This document shows positions 1-12,394 of a stretch of 64,000 nucleotides of DNA, piece after piece; the stretch's first letter is position 1, and every line of letters begins with the position of its first letter. The notes beneath the pieces were generated by a model. The model did no database searches. It saw nothing but the letters and a program-made list of their open reading frames with translations, and was not told the DNA's origin. The translations under genes and the position numbers were made by a program. The stretch is from the NCBI GenBank assembly GCA_051294905.1, contig CM119372.1, positions 2,978,001-3,042,000 of the forward strand, in the 5' to 3' direction. The DNA comes from Botryllus schlosseri (lineage: Eukaryota).

Positions 1-262
1 CACGATTTAAACAACATTGGAAAGGGCAGAACTGGGCCTCAGACAGAAGCTCTATCATGGCATTGGCTATTGTTTTGAGACTTGCCGATAGCCATGATTC
101 TGATACCGCCAATATGGACAGGCCGATGTATCGGCCAACTTTTTTGCCTTGTTGACACCCTTTTGAAATCTTCTGTTTTATACCAATATTAAAATGACTT
201 GAAAATATATTCTGTTCTGGTGTGTGAGTATACTTAATAAACGTTTTTTTGTTTGTCTAGAG

Positions 263-564
263 CAGTGGTTCTCAAACTTTTTTAGACACGCCCCCCTTTA
301 TGATAGTGAAAATTTTCGCGCCCCCTTATCGTCATATCACAAAATGCGACCAGAATGCTAGCAATCCCAACGGATAGTTGGATGGCATGGAAGGTTATGA
401 CTGTTGATGAGAGAAATCTTCAATATGAAATTCGGACTATACACAGAGCAAAAACTATAAATTGGAGGTAAATCGCGCCTGGCGCGAAAAATGTTTTCAG
501 TTTACCCCAGCCTCGCGTCCCTTCAGAATCATTCATCTCCCCCCGTCCAGTTTGAGAGCCACTA
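263..564. mobile_element. hAT MITE (duplicate at 30315-30616; relative inverted at about 52051-52350)
   Basis: TIR CAGTGGTTCTCAAAC / TTTGAGAGCCACTA; 8-bp TSD GTCTAGAG. Confidence 0.9.
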
Positions 565-673
565 GTCTAGAGAGTAATTTATATAACAAACAACTTTCCT
601 GGTAGCAGTCTACAGAAAAGCAGAATTTAGACGGGATGCTACGGACGAGAAACAACCAATACTCAAGACTTGC

Positions 674-2723
674 TTAGGCGCCGTCTTTTATTTTTGCACG
701 AGGTGGCGGAGTTTTGTGACGTCATAAACATTCCAGACGGGTGACGTCATATTCGCACGGATTTGGCGAATCGTGTAAATGCCGATAATACAAGGATCCT
801 CGTGTTGACGAGCTTCGCGTATGATTAGGCGTAAGTTTAAGAGCGAGTACAGCATGGTTGTCAATTAGCAATGCGTCGATCTCGCTTGAATACCCACTAT
901 TCACCATCACGCGCGCGAACAATTGATACGCGACTTCTGTGACGACGAACTGAAAAATGACCACATCTGTTGTGGAATATGCCTTGTAATGGCACCGATT
1001 TCAGGGGATTCAGGCCATCTATTGATAACTCGGCCTTAACACACATCTTCTGATACTTTAGTATTAGCGCAAATCAATTACGCCCGCCCACTGCGTAGAA
1101 GACGGGTAGCTCAAGCCAGCGATGATTCATCAAGCCTGCTGTAATCTGGCCAGGCGTGTTTCGATGCATGCGATAAATCAGGCCTCCGCCAGACGCACTA
1201 AATCAAACCAGCGACCAGCGCACAGCAGTTGTTAAACGCCCAATTTCAGTGCGAATGAATAACAATCTCAGCAGGAGATCGCGTGCTGCTGTACTATACT
1301 ACGGTGCACAGACTGGTACGTACACCAGTGATTCCCAAACTGTGTGCCGCGGCACACTATTGTGCCACCACAGATTCTCAGGTTAGCTGTACCGGTAGTC
1401 TTTCTGGGATTGCGGAAAACGGTGTATGTTAGCCAATAGGCATGCAGACAAGCGGGTGCTACTAAAGGCGGTCTAACCTACTCAACAGGCTGACAAATGT
1501 GCCCGTGACCATGAAACCAATCATGGAATTGCCGATGAATGGGTCATGACTGCTAGGTGGCTACATGTAGACAAAATTCTCTGATTGTTCCAAATCAACT
1601 CCTGAACTTGAAATCGTGCCATAAATCCCGTGCACAGTGTCTGGAATTCGCCTAACACTTCAACAATACCACTCATCTCAGGATTTGCTGCAAACAAATA
1701 TTGGTGGGTAGTCAATTCATTTCGAAGACATTAATCAAGCAATCGTCTTACAGAAGAAGAACAGCTCATTGATTTATTAAACACCCGTTTTATAAAACGC
1801 CGTTTTCGAGAAAAGTTTTGGATGCCTCCTTCCAAATCCTGTTCCATGATAAATGCAATCAAAACTTTATTGTCATTTGCACCTAATGGGTATTTGAGCA
1901 TTATTTATTTTCGCTTTGACGGAAATATAAAGTCGTGACCGAAAGATAATGGTTGGTAAACGACGAAGTGCGTGAATGTTTGTTAGCAATTACGCATCGT
2001 TTCAGTCGAATATATGTTTGTATAGCATAGCCATCGCATTAACACGGGAATCGATTTTTAAAGCTAATTTATTGTAAGTTTGCCGCGATCATTATATACT
2101 TTTTCTAGTGTACCACAAGCCGAAAAAGTTTCCACTGGTGTACACAGTCGATTCCTGATAACTGGCAGTACGCAGCACCAATAATACAAATTTCTGATAC
2201 GGCATTTCAAAAGGACGGGCTTTCGGGTTTGAAATGGGGGTCCTAATTTACACTCTACGCTACGCGACTGGGGGTCCTAATTTACACTCTGATTAATATC
2301 AGTACGTAGGCCCCGATCAGCCACTCGAGTTTGATTGTGAAATGGTGCGAATAAAATTATTCAGGTGTCATTGCAGCAAGAGCAATATGGGCGCATGGCG
2401 CGACCTTATCAATAGAAATCCATTTCTACGAAATGCCAAATTGCTTGAAATTCGATCCGAGATACTGTCGCCCTCGATAGAGTCCGTCCAGCAATCAAGT
2501 TTATTGGAACATAGAAGGTTTCCGTTCAAACTAATCGCATAAATTCAGAATTTGCGCCCACGAGAATCTCGAATTATTTAGAATTATTTAGGAAGCTCCC
2601 GGAAGCTGTAAATAAAAGTTGCAAAAATTTGCCCAACTGATTACTATAAATCACGGATTACAATTTATTGGGACGTCCAAGCATTTTGTACGAGGTGGCC
2701 GTCAACCCGTAACTCGGCGCCTA
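674..2723. mobile_element. Non-autonomous DNA element (TIR TAGGCGCCG) hosting a nested hAT element; duplicate at 30726-32775
   Basis: TAGGCGCCG..CGGCGCCTA termini; internal sequence also found at about 11460-11760, 44130-44400 and 44740-45050. Confidence 0.55.
1326..2137 (+). mobile_element. Degenerate hAT (Buster/Charlie-type) element with transposase C-terminal remnants; duplicate at 31378-32189
   Basis: CAGTGATTCCCAAAC..CCACTG ends, imperfect TSD ACGTACAC/GTGTACAC, remnants EEEQLIDL and AIKTLLSFAP. Confidence 0.75.
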
Positions 2724-2851
2724 TGACTCAAGTCCCAAGTCGCGAATATCATTCGTGAATAGAAATATGAAGCGAAATCGATTTGATAGCGGCTAGTTAC
2801 TCTGCAAATTTTGATACCCATGACACTTATTGTGTAGATGTCTGGTACAGA

Positions 2852-3247
2852 TAGGTTTGCATTTAAAATAAATGGATGTTTAAAACACTTTGTTTAAAAC
2901 ATGTTTCAAATAAAGGCCTTTAAAAAAAATTCTGATTTTTCAAGTAGTAAAATCATGCCATAAATGTGTAAATGCTTTCCAAAAAACACGTTGTATGAGC
3001 CTACGGACGATTACCAGCCGACATAGCCGACGTATACGATATGGGATGGTTGAAACCCTCTAGTACGTAGATACTTCGTCAAAGGAGCTACATTTACCCT
3101 ATATTTTGAATTGTCAAGGTCCATCCAGCATGACGTCACAATTGAATATTCGTGAAGTCATGACTTAAGAAACAAACAAAAAAACAATAAAAACATGTTT
3201 TAAACAAGGGCCTTGTTTTAAACATGTTTGTTTTAAATGCAACCCTA
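2852..3247. mobile_element. hAT MITE; duplicate at 32904-33299
   Basis: TIR TAGG(T/G)TTGCATTTAAAA; TSD GGTACAGA/GGTACAAA; AAACATGTTT subterminal repeats. Confidence 0.85.
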
Positions 3248-4252
3248 GGTACAAAGTCAGAGGAGAGCGGCTTCAGATATTTTACAACTGACACCGAAAA
3301 GTTATTATCCACGCAATGCCAGCGAATAGAAATGCGAAAACCGACCTTATCGCCCATCCTCCAAAATACTCGGAACTTTTCTGACGAGTCGACCTCAGAC
3401 GTACATGTGGCCAAAAACGCCCCGGCGGGTTTCCCGCTTCTAATGTCCATATGGGGGCGGTCTGAAACAAAAATGGAAAGTGAATGGAACATTGCGATTC
3501 TGAGAAAAATTCCAAGTTTCGAGACCAGAGCTTCACGCCAAAGCAGGCCTGGACTATCGCATGCGGTAATAAGATAATCCAGACATTTCAAGTTTCGAGC
3601 AGAACTTTTCAGACATTTAATTTGTTATATGGTGGTTTAGGAATGACTCGTATGACATTTGGATAGGGTTTGACTGAAATTAAGTGAGTTGGGCTATGAG
3701 AGAGATTAGGTTTGTGGTTGATTGATAAGTTAAATTCGGTTACGACAGACCTGAAGTTAGATTACTTGGGCTAAGTCAAATTTAATCAGGTATGGGGTCA
3801 AGTTGGTTAGGGGTTGGGCGAGGAGTTCAATTCGGAAAGAGCGCATGAATGAGGGGTGCGGTCTAGATAGCTTGACTAAGATTTAATCGGGTTAAAGTTT
3901 GGTCAAACTTTGTTTAGGAATAAGGATAGGACTTAGTTTGCCGAGCCATAGCTGCAATCCGAGACGAGCGTCTCCAATTCCTAATAAGTGCCGATTTACC
4001 AGGCGTCGAATCCTTTCTGTTATGCTAAATCTGCTGATGGAAACTAAGCAAGCGTTACGTATCGGTCTTCTATTTCCATTATAATCAAGCGATCCAAATG
4101 AAACAATAATAGGGATTTTCTTGGTCTAAACCATGGGTCTCAACTCTCAAACACGCGGCCCGCGAAGGCCTTTTGGGATTTCACGCATTCGACAATATAT
4201 CCAAGTGTCATATATCTTTTTTATATTTATGAATCTTAAATTCACTCTAAAA

Positions 4253-4909
4253 CAGGGGTCGGCAACCCCTAGCACACGAGGTGATTTTTCATGGCACACC
4301 AAACGAATTGACGCATACGACACGTTATAATCATGTTTGTGGCAAAAAGTCAAACGGAAATGTTCAAAATGGAAAAAGCTCGAAGGTGACCAAAATTATT
4401 TCGTAAAACAATATAGGTGATTCCAATATATTTTGAACAGCGGAAGTCTTTACCGCGATCTGTAGAGCTTTGCAGACAAACTTATGTGTCAAACTGACGT
4501 GTATGATAAAGGGGTGGGTACATTTTTCATGATCAAGTTATACCGTTGTAGCAACGTTGATGCGCGTGTCGCTTATTGGCTGTGGCACCGAACACAGAAA
4601 CTACGAAAGCAGCCACAGTAGATAGTCCATAGCGCGAATAACTTTTTTTTGCAATAAATTAAGCAAATATTATTATATTAAATGATAGCTGTTGTGCGGT
4701 AGCGACCAGAATTTATACCTTTCGCGACTCATACTTGGAGAACCACTGGCGCAACTGATGCCGTTGCCAGCTTCAGATAAGCGGTTAGTGGATTTCCCTG
4801 CTTGAAACGATAAATATCACAAAACTAAAAATGTTTGGCACGCCAGCTGGTAATATTTTTGAAATTGGAATATTTTGGCACGCTGCACACGAAAGGTGGC
4901 CTGTCCCTG
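4253..4909. mobile_element. hAT MITE; duplicate at 34305-34961
   Basis: CAGGGGTCGGCAACC..GGTGGCCTGTCCCTG; TSD CTCTAAAA. Confidence 0.85.
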
Positions 4910-6255
4910 CTCTAAAACTACAAGAAAAACCTGAAATCTCAACAAACCTCACCACCACATCACTTTTAAAAATCTATCATGCAGTAGAAGATCATCTATT
5001 ACGTCACATTTCTAGTTCATGATGATAAAACATGACCCGTTGATGATTCGTGACTGAAGATTGTGATTTGGATTGGTGCGAGCTTTCGTAAAATTACTCG
5101 ATTTCGGATCGACTGAGTGATGAACTAAAATAATTCGAGTTGAGTCGGGTCTAACGTCAAAATCAGAGAAGGAGTTGCGTCTCGGAATAGTGACTTGGTA
5201 ATCCTACGGACGCGACAATCTATGAAACTGTCATTGGAAATAGTAATACCTTAAAACGTCGGAGCTTGCGTTGCGTAGGGTATATATAGGTATATAATGA
5301 GGTCAGTTTGGAAACCATTGGCATTCTATGGCCCCCGTGACGTATAGATTGGTTACATCCTTGGTGTTGTTTGTTCTCTCTATCCATGTTATTATCGGTG
5401 GCGAGTGAGGTAGTGGTCCAACGCTCCACAGCTGTAACACCGATGGATTCTTCGGCGATTGGACATTTCTATTCCACGGGCTCTTAATCAGGGGTCCATA
5501 TAGACACCATCGGGGTACAAGGTACATTGTGGAAGTATGCGTATATGATGTGGAATATCTTCTGGACCAATTTATTCGACTGGAAAATATTCTTCGCGCC
5601 ACGCGCGATTTTATGTGAATGGGCTTTTTGATTTCAATATAGGTACCATACCATCAGAATTGGTGTTGGCGGAAAATCATATTGAAAGCACAAGGGGTAC
5701 GATCGCTAAAAAGGTTAACAAGCAATGCTATTACTACGGCACAATAATGATTATATTCAGATTGTTAATGATCTGTTCCAATATTAATCGACTTTATTTC
5801 CTTCTCAGAATTTGGTGTCAATGTCCCCGACGTGTTGCTAATGGTGACTAGGGTTAATGACAAAAGTGCTGTGGTTTGGTTATATTGTGGCATATGAACT
5901 GAAGATGATCGAAATTTGCTGTCTTCAAGGAATATGTACTTGAAAATATTTGTTACTAAAAATCTCTTCTTCTGCTGGAAATATGCTGGATATTCCAAGT
6001 ATTTTCACATATAATCAGAATTGCGTCGCGGGTCGGATGAAGCCAAGTGGTAGGCCGTATGTTTGACACCGCTAGACTACACGATGCCCTACAAGCGTTT
6101 CGAAACGTAGATGTCCTCAACGTTCTATCCGAAGGAGCAAATGTCCTAATGGTCCGACATTCGTCGCACACGCAATCCCCTTACAACCACGACGACGGAA
6201 TTACGGCGACGTTGTTTAATAGTTACATACACCATATATCAAAATTTATACATAC

Positions 6256-6407
6256 CTTTAACGATCAAATCAGATTTTGTTTCCGCATGCCCGTTAGAGG
6301 ATATCGTGGTACATGTGTATTGCCCTCCGTCTGACTGTTTCAGATCATATATCCGTAGATTTGTTGAAGTAGATGTTAATCGTCGTCCAAACGATTCGCG
6401 GAACCAT
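6256..6407 (-). CDS. Ig receptor A exon 2: second half of V-set domain
   Basis: LRIYDLKQSDGGQYTC; flanked by AG and GT. Confidence 0.9.
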
Positions 6408-7052
6408 CTGAAAATTTCCCTGTCGCGTTATCGATGTCTTCTGGTTATGCAAATACACAGACTTTGTAACCACTTTGATGAAAAACACCGATATGTGGTC
6501 AAAATCGTAGTTGCTGGTACTCTTGTAAAAAGAGAACTAATGCCGGAGATTTCTAATCAAACACCAGCATAGGCGCATGCCCAAATTACTTCAAAAGTAG
6601 AAGGGAAACACGAAATTAATAGTTTGTCAGAACTCAGAAGGGATTTGGAGAAAGCGTGAATGTTTAATTTTTCAGTTGCGGAGCTCTCTTTTATCAAAAA
6701 GTAGCTCCAGCTCCGGAGCTCATGGATATCAATGCTCCGGCTCCCTCAAATACTAGGGTGACAACAATCAATTGCGTCAGTCATTAGTCAGTATCATCGG
6801 TTGCGAATGTTCTGCTATCACATCCTCATCAGCAACGTGGTTATTTATAAAAGGTGAACCAAACAGAGAACAAGCGCATTGTAAACAAAAACCGCGAATG
6901 GCACCGACTTCAACTGTAGCAAGGAGGACACATAAGGTCGGCTACACTTCCCGGTACCATACAACGCGGAGAGGAACATGACCGGTTTAAAAGCATGTCC
7001 GCTGTCCTCAGTACTTGTACGCCTAACAAATAAAATTGTGTAATATACTCAC

Positions 7053-7282
7053 TGATGTTTTGGATGCAGGGTATTGTATCGGTGTTGCACGCTGTATTTA
7101 GCAATGTGCTCGGATCCCTTAGTCCAGTTGTAGGTCACGTTCGCACCGTATCCGGGGTCAATTAAAGGAGCGGAGCACGGCAGTTCCGCTCTCAAGCCGG
7201 CGAATTTGACTAGTTTATCCGCAGTGACGCATACTGCCAACATATTCACCAGCACAACCTTAAACGCCATTAGCTTATACAT
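7053..7282 (-). CDS. Ig receptor A exon 1: signal peptide + first half of V-set domain
   Basis: Paralogue of 37105-37334; ORF 7049..7321. Confidence 0.85.
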
Positions 7283-8412
7283 CACTGCAAAACGCAAGAT
7301 TTGCGTAATATACATCGGCACTCAAAAGACAGGTCGGTGATGGGTTAACGAAAAGCATTCAGCAGTAACAAGCGATCTACGAATACTATCTCTGCTATCG
7401 ACCGGTAGATCGCGATCGGCTTATAAAGTACCCTTGGCTTCCCTCACCTTGTGCTAGCCAGAACGTTATATATCTGATAGGATAGCGAATTCGCAGTCTT
7501 ACAGTCACACGAATTTACCAAGCTAATAAAAGAGCATGCAATAAAAAATCTCATATTCATACATAATAATTCTCATCTCGCAACTATATTTCTGCATTCT
7601 ACGACGCTGTGTCGATAATACGATACACTGCCAAATACCGATCGCGCCAGACAATATATTTCAAATACTGACGAATTCTAAAACGGAGTTCAGCTCGTCA
7701 TAATAAAACTTACACGTAAGCCCAGATAAAACGCATGTATTATAAATCACAACGCGTTGCCTATATTATCAGACGACTCTACCGCCGCGATTGGAACGTT
7801 ACAAATCCTATAAGAGTAGATAACCTGGGCCAAATAAAAATAAATACGGGCTTCTCCTTTTGGGCCGAAAATCGCCATTGTGATATCGTCGCCACATGCG
7901 CCGAACCTAGATATGCCCGGTATTTCGCATAACGTAATGATGCTTATCTGACCGCATTACTGGGGCGTAGCAAGAGAATAATCGGGGAGGGGAAGATATT
8001 TGAAGAGTTTAAAGAGTTCGAAGTATTTATTTTAAGCAAAGCCGTATCAACATTTTGCCATCCCAAATGGGGTGATAAGTTCAGCTTTTTTGGGAGGGGG
8101 GTCGACCTTCAGATCGAAGCCATTAAATTATGACTTCCACACAAAACGAAAGCATTATATAAGTGAATATTCATTGCAACTTTGCTGTTTCCTTTCAGAT
8201 GCCAGTTCAGAAATACGAGGTTTCACCTTGGAAATGGCCATCGTATTATTCGTTCGAAACGCAAGCGTGATACAAATTGCCTGACTACAAATGAGCTTAT
8301 AAATATTGGAGATGGAATTGGCATTACACGAAGACTACTAGGCTTCGATTTCGAAACCCGACTTTCCCTACTTATACCATTGCACTTTAGATAACCAAGG
8401 TAAACGGTGATG

Positions 8413-9002
8413 TCACGCTTGAAATACAATTTGCTGTTGTACAGCGTACTGTTGTTTTGCTGGGCGGCGCTGGACGCTTATGAAGGGGGAGGTAGATTCC
8501 AGCATTTGGATGGTAATATCTATCATATCATCATTATCATCATCATCATCATCATCATCAATTATTAAATATTTTATTAAATCAATACACCACAAGATTG
8601 CGATATAGTGAAAAGATAGTAAGGTGCCGAAAGGACATAAAGTATAGTCTTTTAATGAGACACCCACCTTGGCCTACACTACTGCAGCATGTAAATAATA
8701 TAGGCATGCACACATAGGATTCAAGAAAGGATAAAATAAAAGGAAGCGACAAAAATGAATGCTGCATGTGTCGGTAGGCGATGTCGATTTGTCAGATTGT
8801 GGTCCGATAATCTCGAGGGCTGATTCAGTAGAAATTGCTTGTATTTAGATTTGAACGTGGACAAATCTGGACATGTTCGACGACTGTCGGATAGCCGGCG
8901 AGATGCTGATCCACACCACAGGTCCGGCATACTTGATTGAGCGAGTAGCTGCTCCGTATGGTGACTGACCAACGTCGTGGGATCCATGCTACACAATCGG
9001 CG
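8413..9002 (-). CDS. Candidate cytoplasmic-tail exons of receptor B (8970-9002 and 8413-8476)
   Basis: ttttcctag|(C)ADCVAWIPRR|gtcagt then cccttcataag|(C)VQRRPAKQQYAVQQQIVFQA*; both phase 2; alternative tails exist. Confidence 0.35.
8521..8960 (-). mobile_element. CR1/L2-clade LINE 3' end fragment
   Basis: RSIKYAGPVVWISISPAIRQ / DLSTFKSKYKQFLL resembles the CR1/L2 ORF2 C-terminus; 3' UTR, AATAAA and (GAT)n tail; UTR homologous to 58541-58710 and 59260-59480. Confidence 0.7.
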
Positions 9003-9429
9003 CTAGGAAAACGAAAAAGCGAACACAATATTGAACCCAATAAATACGGCTGCCCGAAGCGCACTTCTTGTATCCCGAGATAGAATTTCCAAGATGTCGT
9101 ATTGGAAGTAAAGTAATTACTAATGACGTGTTGGTATTATAATATATCAGAATAAAAAAACGCATTTCAATTCACACGGTCTCGGTCCCTTCAAATTCTA
9201 TAGATACCGCTATGTTGCTTAACATGGAATCATGGCTTACAGCAGTGGTTCTTGAACGTTTAGGCCGCGACATAAATCTGAGTTCAGTGACACCACGCGA
9301 CCCTTCAAGCTTCACACATCAAAATGAATGCAATTTAATATTAGCATACTATACGTTTTTATAGGCATGGCATAGAGAACGCGAAGACAACAGTTGTTCG
9401 CAACGCAGCTCTATGACACATTTTTGTCG

Positions 9430-9815
9430 CACCGAGAATGCTATTACGGAGAACGGCCATTACTGAGAACGGAAATTAACGAAAATGGACATCACCGAGA
9501 ACGGACATTACCGAGAATGTATATTATCGAGAACGGGCATTACTGAGAACGGAAATTACCGAGAATGGACATTACCGAGAACGGACATTACCGAGAATGT
9601 ATATTATCGAGAATAGACACGGCCGAGAATGGACATTACCGAGAATGTCATTACCGAGCATACATTACCGAAAATGGACATTGCCGAGAATCACATTACC
9701 GAGAATGGACATTACCGAAGATAGACATTACCGAAGATAGACATTACCGAGAATGTATAATACCGAGAATGGAGACTACCAAGAGTGACATTACCGAGAA
9801 TGTACCATACCGAAA
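9430..9815. repeat. Minisatellite, about 16-bp unit ACATTACCGAGAATGG
   Basis: More than 20 degenerate tandem copies visible. Confidence 0.92.
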
Positions 9816-10560
9816 CTCTCAATTTCCGAAATATGAATTCACCGACGGCAATTAACATGTTTCCTCATGTGGAAACAATGTATTCTCCAATATATTGGTA
9901 CTCGATTGCTCCGCCATTTAGCCACCCACCTCGCTTAGCTGACCACCAACACGTCCTATGACTTCAGCGCTGTATACACCATTGTCTGCCAGAAGTTGAT
10001 ATTGACCAATTGCCAAAGTTATTGTGGACCACTTTGCACCATTATCGCGTATGGAAGCGAACTCGCTCCGAGAGTTCATCTGTACTATTGGAGCCCAGCA
10101 CGGTCATTGGTCAGTGGCGAACTCTGGCAAACATGGCCAGCTCTTTAAAATCAACTTTTGTTCTAATGCTACTGGCTATTTGATAAAATTATTAGGTTGG
10201 ATCATGGTTGGATAGAGAAACGCTGCACTGAAGACACACATATTTGGCTCAATCCCAAACTGTAAGAGCCGCTAGACTCATACTAATAGTAATAATATTA
10301 ATATCGTTACATTGCATTTGCTCGTATTAACAACTGCGTACGCATATACATTAACCCAGCTATATTAAAATTTAATTCCAATGTCGTACACAGCTGGGAT
10401 TGTGCCTCTAATTATCGAAAGTAACTCACGACAACCAAAGGCGTAGCAGGTAAATCGCCACTTGTGCGATTGTTATGTCATACTGGCTCAAGACTGACAG
10501 CGTGAAATTGAATGACTTTGAATCTGCGCAATTGGCCACTAACAGACTCGAACGGACGTA

Positions 10561-11456
10561 CCGTAATTTTCCATGTATAATCCGCAAAATTTTCACGATT
10601 TTTTGCCCTAAAATAGGGGGGTGCGTATTATACATGGGTACAACAAGCCTTGAAAAAAATCTCCCTCAATAAAAAACTTGAAATCACACCTATCTTCATG
10701 TTTGTTTCCAATCGCGCATCACTTTCAGCCATCGCGCGTAGTAATTAGTGGGAAGCGTGTTGCCAATTAACGAGAGTCGTGTGCAAAAGCACGCGATCTT
10801 CTGCTGAGTTGTTTGGGCGTTTGTGCGCGAGCGGAATTAGGTCACTCGCGCGCGGCAATTCTCGCCAATTCATCGCGTCAACGACAGGCCCGAACAATCG
10901 CATATGCAATTTATACATACACAAGAGGCCATGTGCGCAAGATATAATCGCTTGCGTAATCAGTCGCATCTCTAATAGACTTGTTGCGTATCACATAACC
11001 GTTAGCCTAGGCGCAATCGCAACTACACACACACAAACTAACTCGCCGCCGGCCTCTCAGGCTTCGGCTGCTATCTACTATCGTTTAGACACAATACCGT
11101 TAATTGTATAATGATTAGCAATCGCATCTGTAAAAGGTCTCCTCGTGCTCAAGATGTCGTGTCGCTAGCCTGAACTATCGCGTCGGGCGCCGCCCGCCTC
11201 GCAGGCTTTGGCTGCTATCTACTATCGTTTAAAGACAATCCCGCTAATTGTATAATGATTAGCGATCGTTGTGTAATGATTGTTCAAGAGTGACATCGCA
11301 AAACAGAATGACATCGTATACGAAATCGGAACTATTCACATGTACTGAAATGCAGGGTGCGTACTATACATGGGTACAGGCTTTTTCCCAGAATTTACAT
11401 GCTATTTTAGGGGTGCGTATTATACATGGGGGCGTACTATACTTGGAAAATTACGG
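10561..11456. mobile_element. pogo/Tigger-like MITE
   Basis: TIR CCGTAATTTTCCA(T/A)GTATA, TA TSD; the empty site is visible in the paralogous repeat near 44126. Confidence 0.9.
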
Positions 11457-12137
11457 TAATTGATTAGCGCTAAAACTAAAACATCAGAAGATGTGTGTTA
11501 AGGCCAAGTTATCAAAAGATACGGCAGGCCTGAATCACCTGAACTCGGTGCCATTACAAAATAGATTCCACAGCAGACTTCAATCGTATTAATTTGTGAA
11601 ATTGTTTGTCGTCAGTGAGGTTGCGTATTCAATCGTTCGCGCGCGCGTGTTGATGAATAGTGAATTGTTGATATTGAAGCGAGATCGAGGAATCGCTAAT
11701 CAAACGCTGGACTCGCTGGCAAACTTACGCGCACCTTTTCAAGCGAGGAATCCCACGTTCGCAGTACAGGTTCGAGAACTACGTCAATGGAAACTGATCA
11801 ACAGCTAATTGCAACAGTAACCGTGAATAGTAGTGACCTTATTGTTGGGCATTCAGACACCCGTGTTGGCGAAAGTATCAATTAATAATGAAAAAAACTA
11901 GCCCTGGCGAGTTTGCTGGTTCCTATTGAACGCATCATTGTTAACACTCTCAAAATATATCATCATCCTTCATCATCCTTAAATCTCAGCCTTTGCGCAG
12001 TGGAGCCGGAGCAGTGGTATCAACAAGATCCGGAGCGGGAGCAATTTAATATTTCCGGCTGACCCAAAACCCTGCTATCATCTCCACGTTTATCATGAAT
12101 TCCTTCTCCAACTATTTGTCATTAAGGTGACGCTTAC

Positions 12138-12246
12138 CAGATGTGCTTTCGCCCCAGAAATACCAACACTGCGGTTAAAGTGAACAGAGCAACGACAGCA
12201 CCCACAGCATATCTCCAAGGTGGTGTTTTGGCAACCTGTGCTGAAG
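12138..12246 (-). CDS. Ig receptor B exon 12: transmembrane helix
   Basis: ttttcag|ASAQVAKTPPWRYAVGAVVALFTLTAVLVFLGRKHI|gtaagc; hydrophobic stretch followed by a basic stop-transfer; phase 1->2. Confidence 0.85.
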
Positions 12247-12394
12247 CTGAAAACATCACCATCGGATAAAACTTGTGCAAATTATTATGCGCTCATTCGC
12301 AGCAACTGGACAGGAGCGAACACTGGTCAAGACTGCGGAATCCAATTTCGACATTGCGCTTCTTTCTAGGTCTTCTACTTTGGAACACTTAGAT

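Larger units (their letters stand above)
5357..7282 (-). pseudogene. IgSF receptor gene copy A, exons 1-6 (continues beyond the left edge)
   Basis: Exons 7053-7282, 6256-6407, 6009-6179, 5793-5922, 5652-5705, 5357-5579; same structure as copy B, including the in-frame TGA at 5654-5656. Confidence 0.75.
1..7318 (+). repeat. Segmental duplication copy A (near-identical to 30053-37370; extends beyond the left window edge)
   Basis: Sequence and ORF track repeat at a constant offset of 30052; about 20 substitutions and no indels seen by eye; identity stops after TACATCGG at 7318/37370. Confidence 0.98.

Noticed and set aside
3136..3666. Overlapping ORFs of 151, 117 and 84 aa (and duplicates at 33188-33718)
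   Set aside because: No recognisable motif or splice context; they overlap MITE and low-complexity sequence.
3620..3935. TTAGG/GGTT-rich tract as an interstitial telomere
   Set aside because: Highly degenerate with no regular unit; more like low-complexity internal sequence of a repeat.
8413..8667. Poly-Asp ORF (IDDDDDDDDND)
   Set aside because: The acidic run is the (GAT)n tail of a LINE fragment; only the last 64 nt are considered a candidate exon.
9565..9855. 96-aa repetitive ORF (ITENGHYRE repeats) and CRISPR-like periodicity
   Set aside because: Translation of a 16-bp minisatellite; no unique spacers, no cas genes, eukaryotic context.
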